The notes beneath the pieces are model-generated. The model ran no database searches. It had not been told where the DNA came from and was given only the letters and a program-made list of their open reading frames with translations. 64,000 nt of DNA from Magallana gigas (taxonomy: Eukaryota). The stretch is from NCBI RefSeq assembly GCF_963853765.1, contig NC_088861.1:41354001-41418000 (forward strand), given 5' to 3'. Position 1 is the stretch's first letter. Each line of letters opens with the position of its first letter. Both the position numbers and the translations under genes were made by a program. Positions 37,601 to 50,900 of this stretch are shown here, piece by piece.

Positions 37601-38728
37601 CGATGTAAATGAAGATTTAAATTGTTTAAGTTGTTATATTTCAATTTAAGATCTCCAATCCACAGCAATGTTCGTCAACTCCAATTACTGTGGTTTCATC
37701 AATATTCGTTGAATACCAATTTTCGTGGATTTCGTTGTTTAGTTGATCCACGAAATTAAATGTTCATCGAAGTGCAATTTCTATTAAGATTTTGTATTGA
37801 TAGGGTCTTTGACCACGAATTTACTTATCCTTGAAACTGTGATTTTCACTTCATCCACGAAAATTGATACCCTTGAATATTAATGAAACCACAGTATCCG
37901 GATTTTTTTTAATTCAAACTATAAATCTGTCTTTCAGATAGACAAATTTAATTAATCTTCTAGACAAGTGTAAAAGTTATGATCAGTTGTTCAACAAAAT
38001 GCCTTGCTCAGTGGTTCCATGGAGATCTATTACATATAAGTAAATGGGTTTGACCCATTGATGCACCAGTACAACCTTTTACCTTTTTTTTTTTTTTTTT
38101 TTAATTTGATCTCAACTTGTATATATCAATGCATACCATTATATTCATTTTTGGCATATTTGCAATAACTTTGTAAAATGCATGGATAGTTGGATACCAT
38201 CAACATTTCTTTTTATTTCATTACATTTATAAAGTCTTAAGGACAAATAACATTTTTATGATTAAAAAAAAAAATAGTTTGAGGCAGAAGTTTGGCACAC
38301 CATAATTCAGTATAAAATGGACCTGATGAATTTTATTAATAATTAAATTTAAACAAGGTCCAATTAACAGATATTTTGTCACTGACATTTAATCTCCAGT
38401 TTTATACTTTTTCTGTGTCATGCTTAGGAGTTTTCCAAATAACATATCAAGATTTTGTATTTTATGAATTATATCTTTTTACTGACGTAAAATGTACTCA
38501 TCCATACCAATGATTTTTTTTTCTTCAGATTTAGTGATTTTAGCCATTGGGGGCATCTTTGCTGGAATCTTTACAATTGGTGCCTGTCGGCAGAGAAGAT
38601 TTCACAGACACGGAGAGTTAACCCCGCTTCCATACAAGCGCCCCACAGCATCCTACTCCCCCGTCTCCCTGTCTCAAAACGGACCCAGTTTACCCCTACT
38701 CAGTGACGATACAGAGGAAGAGTTCTAA
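34660..38728 (+). CDS. ENPP4/5: Ectonucleotide pyrophosphatase/phosphodiesterase, ENPP4/ENPP5-like type I membrane protein, 501 aa
   Basis: Exons 34660-35542, 36145-36324, 37116-37358, 38529-38728. N-terminal signal-like segment; VLLVSYDGFRW; catalytic Thr in [40 protein letters not shown]; C-terminal TM YLVILAIGGIFAGIFTIGAC followed by RQRR. ENPP4 versus ENPP5 cannot be resolved by eye. Confidence 0.93.
37688..37894. mobile_element. TA-flanked MITE (207 bp) in ENPP intron 3
   Basis: TIR CTGTGGTTTCAT(C/T)AATATT on both ends; TA at 37686-37687 and 37895-37896. Confidence 0.85.
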
Positions 38729-39386
38729 TTTCATTCAAGAATTTTTTGCTATTAATTCTTCTAGGTTATATTCAGGAATTTCATGTACTAATTAACTTAC
38801 ATTTAAGTATTTTTTTCTCTTGTTTGCTTGTACATGTTTTTATGAAATGTTTTAATGTTTTATGGATAATTGTGTTCTTTATATAAGTTCTACCACTCTT
38901 ATTTTACTTTGATGGTGGATTTTTTCTCAGTCCTTTTGCTTGATTATACATGTATCTATGTTGTATGGCAAATTTACATCATTTCTTTTTCTGAAAATTG
39001 GCTGTTTTCCCTTAAGTTTTAGTAGACAGGCAATTTAGTTTCATGAACTGTTAGCCAGTACTTTAATACATGTATAACTCTTACACTATCCTCTCTAACC
39101 CCTCGCCCCATATATCAAGGCACGTTTTTTTGTCACTTGACAATAATATCAATGACTTCAAAATGATACCTGGGGATTATCTCATTTTAAACCAAAGTAA
39201 TTTTTTCATTACTAATGTACGTCTCTGTTTTGATAAAGTTAGGGATGTATATACATGTAGTATTTATATATAAACTGTATGTCCCTGATTAAGTGCACCA
39301 TTTTTGCCTCTGACCGTGTTAATTGACTTTGACTTAATTATATTTGACCATAAAAAATTATGTATGTGACAGTAAGGCAGAGGCTA

Positions 39387-39560
39387 CAGTAAAACACGTT
39401 TATAGCGAACACGCTTATAATGAATTGATGCTTACAGCGAAGTCAATTTCATTCCCCAAGTCTCTATTTCATGTTGTAAACTTGACGGATATAACGAATT
39501 ACGCTTATAACGAAGTTAAATCGCCTGTCCCTGGGACTTCGTTATAAGCGTGTTTTACTG
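39387..39560. mobile_element. Tc1/mariner-like MITE (174 bp) downstream of the ENPP stop
   Basis: TIR CAGTAAAACACG(T/C)TTATA; TA at 39385-39386 and 39561-39562. Confidence 0.85.
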
Positions 39561-41995
39561 TATATAAGATTAGATGTTTGTAATTCATTGGCCACTGTAG
39601 AGGGAACTATATATATAAAAAAATCTAATGTATACCTCTGCTCACCTTTTTTTTTCTATAGAATATAGAATATAACTTATGTGACTGTATGTATTTCCTG
39701 TTATCTCAATTTTGCAAATGGTGCTTACTTGATACAGTTGACAGATTTATTTTTTGCAGCAAGTTCAGTGATCATGTATTTGAGCGTTACCTTTAATTCT
39801 ATATTTTTGAAAATAATTTTTTTAACAGTCAGCATATTTGTGTTATTAAAATGTTGCAAGAAATATTTTCTTATGACTACAATTTTTAATGTTACATCTA
39901 CTCTTGCGTTATATTTAGTAGTTAGTGTTTACTTTATTTGCCAAATACAGCATAATTTCAGCTTACAGCATTCCGGAATTGCTACATGTATAAGCAGGTG
40001 TCTGTTTTATATATATATCCCTGTGGTTGGTTCATATTCTTGTTCTTTATTTGTACGGAAGTGTGATAGAGGCACTGGTCGACATTTTATGTTGGTTTGT
40101 TAAATCGGTTACCTCATGATTAATTTGTCTGTGTGTCTGTGATGATGTGCATTATTTTTGTTTACTTTTCTCTAATTAACTGTGATCTGGTTTTATACTT
40201 TACAGGATTGATTAAGCTGTTCCAAGTTAATTTTTGGATTATTATCACCTTTAAAATTAATACGTTACTGTTAGAATTCAAGTTTTCTGTAAACCACATT
40301 TAGCTGCATGTTTTATGATACGTCCTATCTGTTATAAAGACATTCTTGGGAAGTATTCCCCAAAAATCCATGTGACCAAAATAATTTGTATTTCTACAGA
40401 TCGCCACATTTTTAGTTGCGAAAGGTAAAATCAGACTTGAGAGAAATTAGGGTTTGTTTTCTCAAAAAGACCATTTCTCCTAATCTTATGTCATGACATT
40501 TATCGTGTTTGAAAAAGGGGAATAACTCAATTTTCTATTTAAACTTGGAAAAAAATTTTCCAATGTTGAAAGCTAATGTCTTGCAGAGAGAAAAAAATTA
40601 TAATAAAATCATATTATTCTTTTAAATTTTGGCCCAAGAAACTAAGGATAATTATTTTTGGGTTTACATGCTTACACTTTAAGAGGATCTCTTGTACATT
40701 TTGTACATTCCACTTGTTCTCTGTTTATTATTTTGTATTTATTATACATTTCGAACCAGCTTTATTTATTATCAAATTGCGTTGTTTATGCGCATAATTC
40801 TAAATTTTTCTTTCACCATTATGATGCTCATTTATCAGACAAATAAATGAATAAAAAATTGATGCAAACAAGATGTTTAATTATTTCTGGTACATGCAAA
40901 ATTAGGGAAGTACTCTTTTGATTTCGACAAGCTTCTGCCTTACTTCTCCGTCAGTAAAATTGGAACAGATATTCTGAGGGGCAGATATGTACACATGCAC
41001 TACAATTTCATTCCATGTGAGAAATTCCAAATTTTATTAGACTATTAAGGTTATAATTTTTGACGTTTTATTCCTATTAGTAATGTTGATCAGTGGCATT
41101 CCCTATCTCAATCAGTGTACCAGCGGTAGTACATAAAATAAATATATCTATTCCTATAGTATGAAATCAACATGGTCTGCGCCTATAGTTGTCAAAGTCT
41201 GACTTATGCATATTAAATATGTCTCTATACATTATAACTGTAAACTGTTCATGAAAATAAAATTACCGTATTTCTTTATTATAAAACAAGTAAAGATTTA
41301 AACTTGTTCACAACCAGCTAGGATCCTACAAAGGGGCCTAAAATGGGGGTTAAATGCAGGTCTTGTTGAATAAATTGTATGGGGATGCAGATATATTGAA
41401 TACACTGATATAACTGGTGCACATGCGCTTGATATTTCATTTTTCCATCCCCCTGTTACTATTTGCATTAATCTCAGTTTTAAAGAAAATGTTCAAGACA
41501 CTTTAGTAAACTTCCTAAACTTATTTAACTTATTAATAAAAAAAAAACCCATACAACTGTACTTACAAGCTTACACCTTCTCTTTTATTTCTGAATCAAT
41601 ACACAATGTCCTTGACATGAACAATCATAAATGTACAACTATCCTTGACATGAACAATCATAAATGTACAACACTCAGAGATCTGACCACATACCGTACA
41701 TGACTGACAATATCTACAGAAATCTATCTCCATCTGATGATAAGACACTTTCCATTTACAATCTTTTTTCAGACTGCTGAGATTAACGTTGACAATTCAA
41801 TTGAATTGGAACAACAGAATGTTTCAAAATAAAATTAAATATCAGTTTACATGTCTGACATGTGATGTTCATTTAAAAATATAATGACAATGCTTCAGTG
41901 TTGTTTGTTTGTGATTCACTATAATTTCTCTTCAGTTGCACAACATCTAGTCTAGTCCCCATTGGGACCTTAAGTGTCTGTAATTCATCATAACA

Positions 41996-44900
41996 TCAAG
42001 TCCCTGTGTGGAGCCTCAGTAACCTCCTCACTCTCCTTATGAGGGCCTCCACAAAGCTGTAGTGTGTCCTGGACTTGCAATAAACCTGAGAAAAAAACAA
42101 ATGTACATGTACAAAATTCATCTGTAAATTTAACTAAAAAAGCAAAACTCTAAAAGAAGGCACATTATCTTAACGGTCAACTAGCCTATAAAATCAAATA
42201 AATTTAAAGTGCAGAGCAAATCAAGACCCAACACAAGGTAACATTCATCAAAAGATAGGTTGAAATACATTATATACTAGGTATCAGAGGATATGATATC
42301 ATGAATATTTTTAGGGACTCAATTTTTGTGGATTTTGTGAGAACCCCTTATCCAACAATTACCATTCCCAACAAATTATAAAACAGTCTTCATTCATTAG
42401 CCATAAAAGTGAAGCCACAAAAATACAAGGGACTGATAAAAAATTGACAATCTGTGAAAAATGGCCAAAAGTTATTTCAATGATTCCACAGAGAAATGAA
42501 ATATGCAGTTTTTTTGAATGGTTTCTATCAAGAAAAACAATGAGATCAAGATCAATGTTAATGCAAGACTTACCTGGTCAATTTCCTGAATCTTTTTGAG
42601 CAGCGAGTCGTGGATAGCTGAGTTTGCTGTCTGTTTCAACATGTCAATCTCATCACTGGTCACGCCCATCATCAGCTGTCTGTCAAAGTCAGGGAGGGAG
42701 GTGCTGTCTGAATCAACCAATGAGGAGCGAGAAGCTCCCGTCAAATCTACAGAAAGATTAACCAAGAGAAAATGCATGTCAAATCTACATTGTACACTTA
42801 TGTATACAGAAAATCAAAGAAAGATCTGTAGATTATAACTCTGCTGTTGGGATTTAATGCATTCAACTTGAAACTTAAAGACTGTCGTCTACAGACTGGT
42901 AGAATCTATTTACAATTTTATAGATGGACTGGTGTAAATAGTCTAATTAAAATTTGTTATTACCGATCTGAATAAACTAGGGTAAATGTAACTTCCCAAG
43001 GGTAACTCTGACAGCTCAATGTTTAAATACCAAGTACATACATGTACAAGTCTAAAATGCTAAATGACAAAGTTGGTAAACCTTGTACATTATAGCCGAC
43101 CACATAACTGGCTCATCAAGACTCTTACTTCAGCGAAGATAACAATGACTGTTTTAAAGCACTTGACTGACCTTGAAGCCTCCTGAGCTGTGTCTGTCGG
43201 CGGGCCTGAGTCTGGTACAGTGAGGACTGCTGGGTGACGGGGACACAGTGAATCAGGTAATACTCCAGGTGTCGCCACAGCATGAACAGACAGTTCTCCA
43301 GGATGTCTGCACACCAGTCAGGGAACACAAGCCACATAGGATTGAAATATACATCTACATGCAAGACTCACACAAGAGACAATAATTAGATGTTTCACAC
43401 TTCAGCTGCAATATACTGCCTCAGTAAAATGAAATTATCATGTTTGGTACTTGCATAATTTATCAACTTAATTTCCATAATGTCATTCAAATCAATGTTC
43501 AACACTTTGTGCTGCTGAATATTGCTTTGTGAAATATATTTAACATCTTCATCGTTATCAAGATCTATTTTAAAACATCAACAGTGCTATTTTCAAAAGC
43601 ATTAAAAACATTCATCTGATGTTCAACCCTTCTGGTGGAAAATATTGCTTCCATAAGATTTATATATAAAACTCTGGATCTAAAAGAAGAAGGATACAGG
43701 CAAAGTACTGGAGCTGCTCCTCCTTGTAGCGGACCATCTTTGTCAGGCGAGTCTTGGCAAGTTTCTGTCGCTGGTGAGAGGATATTTTCTCCTCCACTCC
43801 AGAAAACTACAACAAAAGATAATGTGCAATCTTTCAGATGGTCATTATCATTTTGACACTACCTGTTTGACAAAGTCAGAACTATTTTGACAGTAGTGAT
43901 TAAGATTGTCAGTACAATTTGACAGTACCTGTTTCTGATCGTCAGTTATATTTGATAGTACCAGTTAAGGATTGTCATAAGGTAGCTCTTTAACCTGAAC
44001 AGTAATTTTTATACAATAACAATTTTACAGCACCTGTTTGAGATCATCAGAACTATTTTTGACAGTACTTGTTTGAGGTTGTCAGTACTATTTCTGACAG
44101 AAGACAGTGCCTGTTTGAGGTCATCGTACCTATTTCTGATAGTACCCGTTTGAGGTTTTCAGAACATTTTTGACAGTACCTGTTTGAGGTAATCGGTGCT
44201 ATTTTTTCCTTTGTGAGGTTGTCATTACTTTTTTTTTACAGTACCTGTTTGAGGTCGTCAGTACTGAGGTCGGCCAGACTCTGTAGTTTACGGAGGTGCT
44301 GTTTGTGAGTCTCGTACACAGACATAAAGTGGTTAGCACACTGTCTCAGCTGATAAACCACCACCCCAAGGCTGGGGGCCTGTATTGTTCCACTGCTCAT
44401 AAAGGACGCATCTACAATAATGAAGAAAAAAACAATAAAACTTCATCTAAATCTACAGTCAACAAAATGTTCAATACAGCAATTGGAATCAAAAACATGT
44501 TTGAGAATCCAAAAAATTTAACAACAATTGAAATATTTCTGTACAGCACTTCTATAAATAGTGGTGTGAAAATGTCAAAATCAGTGTGTTTTACCGTCTC
44601 TGCTGCCCAGGTCCTTGGCTAGAGCTTCTTCCAGACTCGGTCTGAACAGGACGCGACACACCTGAGAGGTGGGACCTGTAAAGAGTCGAGGATTGTTATA
44701 TCATTCTATATAAGAGATTGCTGTTAAGACAATGGTGAAGATGGGGTCTATCTACTGTTCAGCATCTGTCTTAAAGTTTGAACACGTTAAGTCAGCTTTT
44801 TTAAGCCAAAACAGTAAAAACCAAACATTCTCACAGAAAATAATTTTTCCGAGATTGAATTATGAATCTTCACCGAAAGGAATATTCTACTGTTGGAAAC

Positions 44901-47900
44901 TTGTGTTTTGAATAAAATTCACAATCATTTCTTATCACATGAAATTACACAACTACTGTTTTGATATTTTCAGAACATCTAGGTACATGTATAATTCTGC
45001 ATTAAAGACTAACCTAGTCACAAAGAAGTATACAAATAGGAAGGGTTATATTCAAGAATTACATTGTATATGTCTTAGTAAATTATAAACAATAAACTAA
45101 ACAATACAATACACATAATATTTGCACACCTGAAGTTGAAATAATGGCTCGACAATAGGAAGTGACATTAGCAGACACTTCCAGAAATACAACAGCAAGC
45201 TCAGAACTCAAGTCCTTCTTGCGAGAGGACTCGTCCGACTCCAGCACCTTGAGTTGTTTGTTGATACGCTCACACATGCAGTACTTGGGCATCAATGCCA
45301 GCATCTGTCTCTCAATCCTGACCTTTTGACCTTTCAACTCAATACCGGCTGGGTCAAGGTCATCAAACTCTGCATCAGGGATACCTTTATTAAAAGTCAA
45401 AAATAGTGCATGCGACATTTGTAGAGACATCTTTATATCTTAAATCATATAAATTTGTATAAAGAATGTTGAAGTTTTTATTCAAAGTTTTTTTTATCAT
45501 GTTGAGGGTTTTTAATTCAGTAGAATTTTTTGTTTTTTAATATAAGGCATAAGAAAGAGATGCAATGAATACAGATTGAGATGAGCTTACCCCTGGCATT
45601 GGCTCGAGCCAGTACTGCTGTAGTAAGGGCAAGTTCTCGCAACGCAGGCAAGCTCAGGTTGAGCTGACGATCTCGCAGAATCCCATGAAAGACTTCTCCA
45701 TGTGATAAGATAAACTGCAGAACCTACACAAAGAACAAATTAGGATATCAATAATAGGGAATACTTGCGACTGTTAACGGATTAAAGTACTTGTAACAGT
45801 GAAATTTCTCAACACTAATTAATTCACAAAGTACAGCTTTAAATGAATGCACTTGAAGATTGATGTCAAGTTCTGAAATTACACAAATGTTTAGCTGGGC
45901 ATTTGATATAAAGTCCTGCTATTTCAGGTTAACAATACACTTCTAGGTGTGTGATATAAAGTCCTGCTATTTCAGGTTAACAATACACTTCTAGGTGTGT
46001 GATATAAAGTCCTGCTATTTCAGGTTAACAATCCACTTCTAGGTGTGTGATATAAAGTCCTGCTATTTCAGGTTAACAATACACTTCTAGGTGTGTGATA
46101 TAAAGTCCTGCTATTTCAGGTTAACAATCCACTTCTAGGTGTGTGATATAAAGTCCTGCTATTTCAGGTTAACAATCCACTTCTAGGTGTGCGATGTCAA
46201 GTCCTGCAACATCAGGCATTCTTGCACACCCAAAAACCATAAACTGAGAAGAGACTTAAAAAAGTCATCATTTAAAATTCATATTCATAAAACTTTTGCA
46301 GTTATTTTTAAAATAAATTAAATCTTCATCATGTGTGAACATTCTTATAAAAAGCAACTTATCAAACATTTTAATGAAAAATAAATCAAGATATTATAAA
46401 ATAATAAAAAAAATATGACTTGATTCTGTTCGCAGTTTGAGGTTCTCATGCCAGCTGTCTGACACCTGAGTCTGTTCTCCAGTTTTACCGCTGAGCATCT
46501 TACACCTGAGTCTACTCACCTGGTTTCCACAGTCCTGGTTCTCGATTCCCAGGGAGGTCAGGACTGCCAAACAGAACTTGAGGGAGGCAAACAGCAGCTG
46601 TCTGTAGCGGGACATAGGACTGGGCAGGAAATCCTCATCACACTCCTCTTCCGACACTCTACAGACAAACAAATAGACAAACAGACAGATAAATAAAATG
46701 ATAGACAGGCAGACAGACATAGAAATAGACACACTCCTCCTCTGCCACCCTACAAACAAACAGAAAGGATAAACAGATAAATAGACAGACAGACATACAC
46801 ACACTCCTCCAACAACACTTTACAGACAAACAGATAGGATACACAAATAGACAGACTGAGGCATTTGTACATTAACAGGACAGAACCTTGCTAGTACTAA
46901 TGTACTTGTTCTCGTATTAGTATTTTAACAGTGTGTGACTTGTTTTGTTAACAGTTGAAATATTCATAAAACATAAAATAGCAATATGTTTTCAATGCCT
47001 AAGATATTCATTTGTTGAGATTAAAGGGGCATGGTCACGAATTTGGTCAAATTTCATTTTTCTGTTTTTATTATTTGCAATGCTTTAGAAATGCATTTCT
47101 AATGATCAAATGAAATTTTGGTGCCAGTCGTTGAGTTTTAAGCAAGATACAAGGCTCGCAATTCTTCGTCATGTAAAAAGGCTCGTGCCCTGTTTTTGTT
47201 TACATAGGTTCAATATACCAGTAAAAAATCTTTTTAAAGCTGGTTTGTCTATCTTATTATTCATTTAAAGCATAAATAAACAGTTCCTAACGATTAACAC
47301 ATTTATTTTAGGTCTGAAACTGGAATTTTCACTTCAACATTCGAAATGTAAACAAACGCTTTGTTTACATAGCGAAGAATTGTAAGGTCTGTAACTCGCT
47401 TATAACTCATCAAATGGCACTCAAATTTTCGTTGCCTATTAAAAATGCCTTACTAAAGCATTGTAAACATTAAAATCGAAAAAATAATTTTTGACCAAAA
47501 TCGTGACAATGCCCCTTTAAAGCTTTGAGATAACATTCAATTTTCACAAATTAATTTAAACGCAGACAGTGCCAAGGAATGAACAGCAATACACCATGAA
47601 CAAACCTGTCTAGGTCGGGTCGAAGGTCAAAGAAGACACATCCAGCCAATCGCTGCATGACTCCACATTGGAGTAAGGTGTGTGCCCCCACTGCTGACTC
47701 AGCGACCCGTGTCAACAGACTCTGTAAAAGACAGCATCATCAAGTCAAAACTTAACGACAGGCTCTGTTAAAAACAGCACCAAGATGATAGGCTTTGTGA
47801 GGTAACCAATAACTAAAGACTTATCAGGCTATAGTAAAGGAAAACCTACTAGATACCAAAAATAAGCCAAAAACTTCACATTCTTTTCAAAAGAGAAATT

Positions 47901-50900
47901 GATCAAGATTGATTAGAAATGCAATAAAATGTGCACTTAATCAGACCAATAAAAGTCTTGTTTCTCAGGCCAAAACTTTTAAAATATGAAAAGTCTGGCA
48001 CGTTTCATTACTATTGCTATATAATAAAGGAAATAACTCAATTTTTATCTTTTAAACTAATTGAGTTACTCCCTTTTATAGTATTGCAATAAAGTTAGTC
48101 AACGAATGTGGCAACATTTGACATATTAACATGGCATCACCCAAGTGTCATAACTTAATTATTTTCTAGCTTGAACTTAGGAAATATAAAGCAGGCCTAC
48201 CAGCTTGGACAGGTAGATGTACAGGACCCTGAGCTGGGGGGTGGCGGACAGCAGCGTCTGTAACTGCTGGTCGTCATGGAGAAGGCTGTCCACCAGGTGC
48301 TGGAGGTAACCTTTAGACGACATGAAGGTCATCCACTGCTGGAACTTGTCCATGGACAGAATGGTGTCCAACACTGACAGAGCTAGCATCTACAATACAG
48401 GACATCTTTTGATTAAAGCAGAATGTACAAAGTCTCCACTGCTTGAACTGATCAGTGTCCAACACTGACAGAGCAAGCATCTTCAATACAGCTGAGCATG
48501 CATATGTCTGAATGGATAAAGCACACTTTACAATGTCATTCACTGTTAAAAAAAAAAGAATCTTCATGGACATGTACAAAATAGAATTATGTTGATTGCT
48601 TCAGACATAAACAAGTAAAAATTAAAACCTCATTAAGTAGATATTTATAAGACATATTACCCTGCCGACATCGTGTCCATCACAAGCGTCACGACACACC
48701 ATGTCCATAAAGTTGTCGCCGTATGACAGGATGGTTGTCACATTCTCGCGGCGGAGTTGTTCATACTCTGAGTGGGCGTCGGCCAGAATCCTCTTTCCAA
48801 CACCATCCCCAAGCGCTCCTGGTTATAAATATAAAAATGATTTCATATAAAAGTGTAAATACATCATCTCACAAATAAACAAGCATTGCTACAAGTAGAT
48901 ATAACAGGTTCTTAATTTTCTCATGTGTTACCTATGTCAGTGTGAGTTAGAGACTTGGGTTTCTGGGCGATCTGGAGATAGTACAGCAGGGCCCCATACA
49001 GATTGGCCCTCACTCTCTGTTGACCTCCACCTAAATAGTATAATATAATACCAATAAAATGTCTGTTTTACGAGAGATTTTTCTTTAGTTTCAATTAATA
49101 AGTAGTTGTTTATTCATTTAATTTGAACAGACTCACTAGACAACAGTATGTGGTCTATGACCCCTCTGAGCACCAGCTGCAGTGAGGAGGCAAACTGTGT
49201 CCTTGACCCCGACCCCTGACCCCAGGCAGTAGTTTGACCCAGCCCTGGGGTGGCATCCAACATAGAGAGAAAGGTGGAGGGGTCATCCTCAGTGACGGGT
49301 TCCTGACAGAAACACTGACGCAGGTTTGTCATCAAGGTCAGGATAATCCCCGCCACAGGGGCTGTTAACTCTGTCAAAGCATCGTCCTCAGTCACCTAAG
49401 ACAAATTCACTCTTTATTTACATACATCTATAATTATTTATTTACATTGTACATGTATTCCAGTTGTACCACAATAACATGAATTGAAATATTAAAATAT
49501 TTCACAAAATCTTGCACATATCAATGAGTTTTACTGCTTCTAATTATTTCGATTGACTCTCCACAAGGATAGATGTTGAAACCCGATGTAAACCTATTTC
49601 TTTCTCAATCAAGCATTCATGTAAGTCCATTAGTAAACAAGATATCAATTTATATAGAGTCAGATATCACTGCACAGAGAGAAGGATATCACTGTATGCA
49701 GTAACATTTATTACTGTACAAAAAGTCATGAATAAATGAACAGATGGATATCACAGTACACAGAGACAGATATCACAGTACAGAGACCAAATGTCACTGT
49801 AGAGAGACAGATATCACCGTACACAGTGAGTTCAGACATTGAACTGACCTTTTGCTGGAGTTCCTGAAGGAGCTCGAACAGCACGGTCTGTCTGTCCTCA
49901 GGGGTGAGGAGATCCTCAGGGCAGGCGGTCAGTAACACCTCCGTCACCTGACGCCACGCCTCCAGCGCCTGCTGCTTGGTGTACAGCTCCTGCCGGATTC
50001 TGTTCCGTCGTACCACGTGTTGTAGAATATTCTCCACCTCCTAAAATCATCAAAACAGCTTAAAAAAAATAATGCACTGATATTTTGCATTTCACTTTAC
50101 TTCTATTTACTATGCACATCTTCTACTCAACATAATTCTTTCAAGTTGCAATTGAGATGGGTAACCTTTCTCCTTTGACCTTTACCTCTAACACTCGAGG
50201 GCGCTGGGTGACCATGATGTTACCCTGGACATTGTTGAGTTCATTCATTAGAACCCTGTGCAGTCGTCTGACGTCACAATACAGCACGTCTTGTTCAGTC
50301 TTTGTCTCCACGCTCTGAATAGCTTGTTCTATCATCGACAGTTCAAAAAACTCCAGGTGCATTGTGGGAGGGTAGCGCTGAGAGAAGTCTACCTCATCAA
50401 GTAGTCCGAGCAACTTCCTACGGACCTGGCGACCTAGAGATACAGTTTATAAATAGAATCATTCAAATTGTAACAAGATATATTCAGATGGAGAAAAATG
50501 AACAAGTTAACATTTTGCTATGCTGGCTGTAGATAATATTCTTAGCATAGCATTTTTTACTGTGATGTTCTTCTACAACCCAATGCCTCAAAATGCACTC
50601 CATGTTACACCTACTACTATTTCATGTACAATGTATTGCAGATGTCTTGCATTCTGGTACTTACTGCCTTTTGCTATACCTGTGTATATGTACTTACTTC
50701 TGAATGGCCGGGAGGTCTGGGACAGATAGGACATCTGTGCACTCTGGTCAGTGAATCTGTCATAGGTCAGGTCTGTATCCTCTCCTCCCATTGGCTGGAA
50801 CACTGTAACAGGAAAAGTAATCATCTCACTGTTAGCTCACATTGAATTTACATGTACAATATCTTAAACCTGGTCTATTTTCACTTGATTTTACTCATAA

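Noticed and set aside
41609-41672. 33-bp tandem duplication in the Nup205 3' UTR
   Set aside because: An ordinary two-copy slippage duplication with no recognisable motif.
48012-48092. Imperfect AT-rich hairpin in Nup205 intron 31
   Set aside because: Low complexity with many mismatches; at most a decayed MITE.
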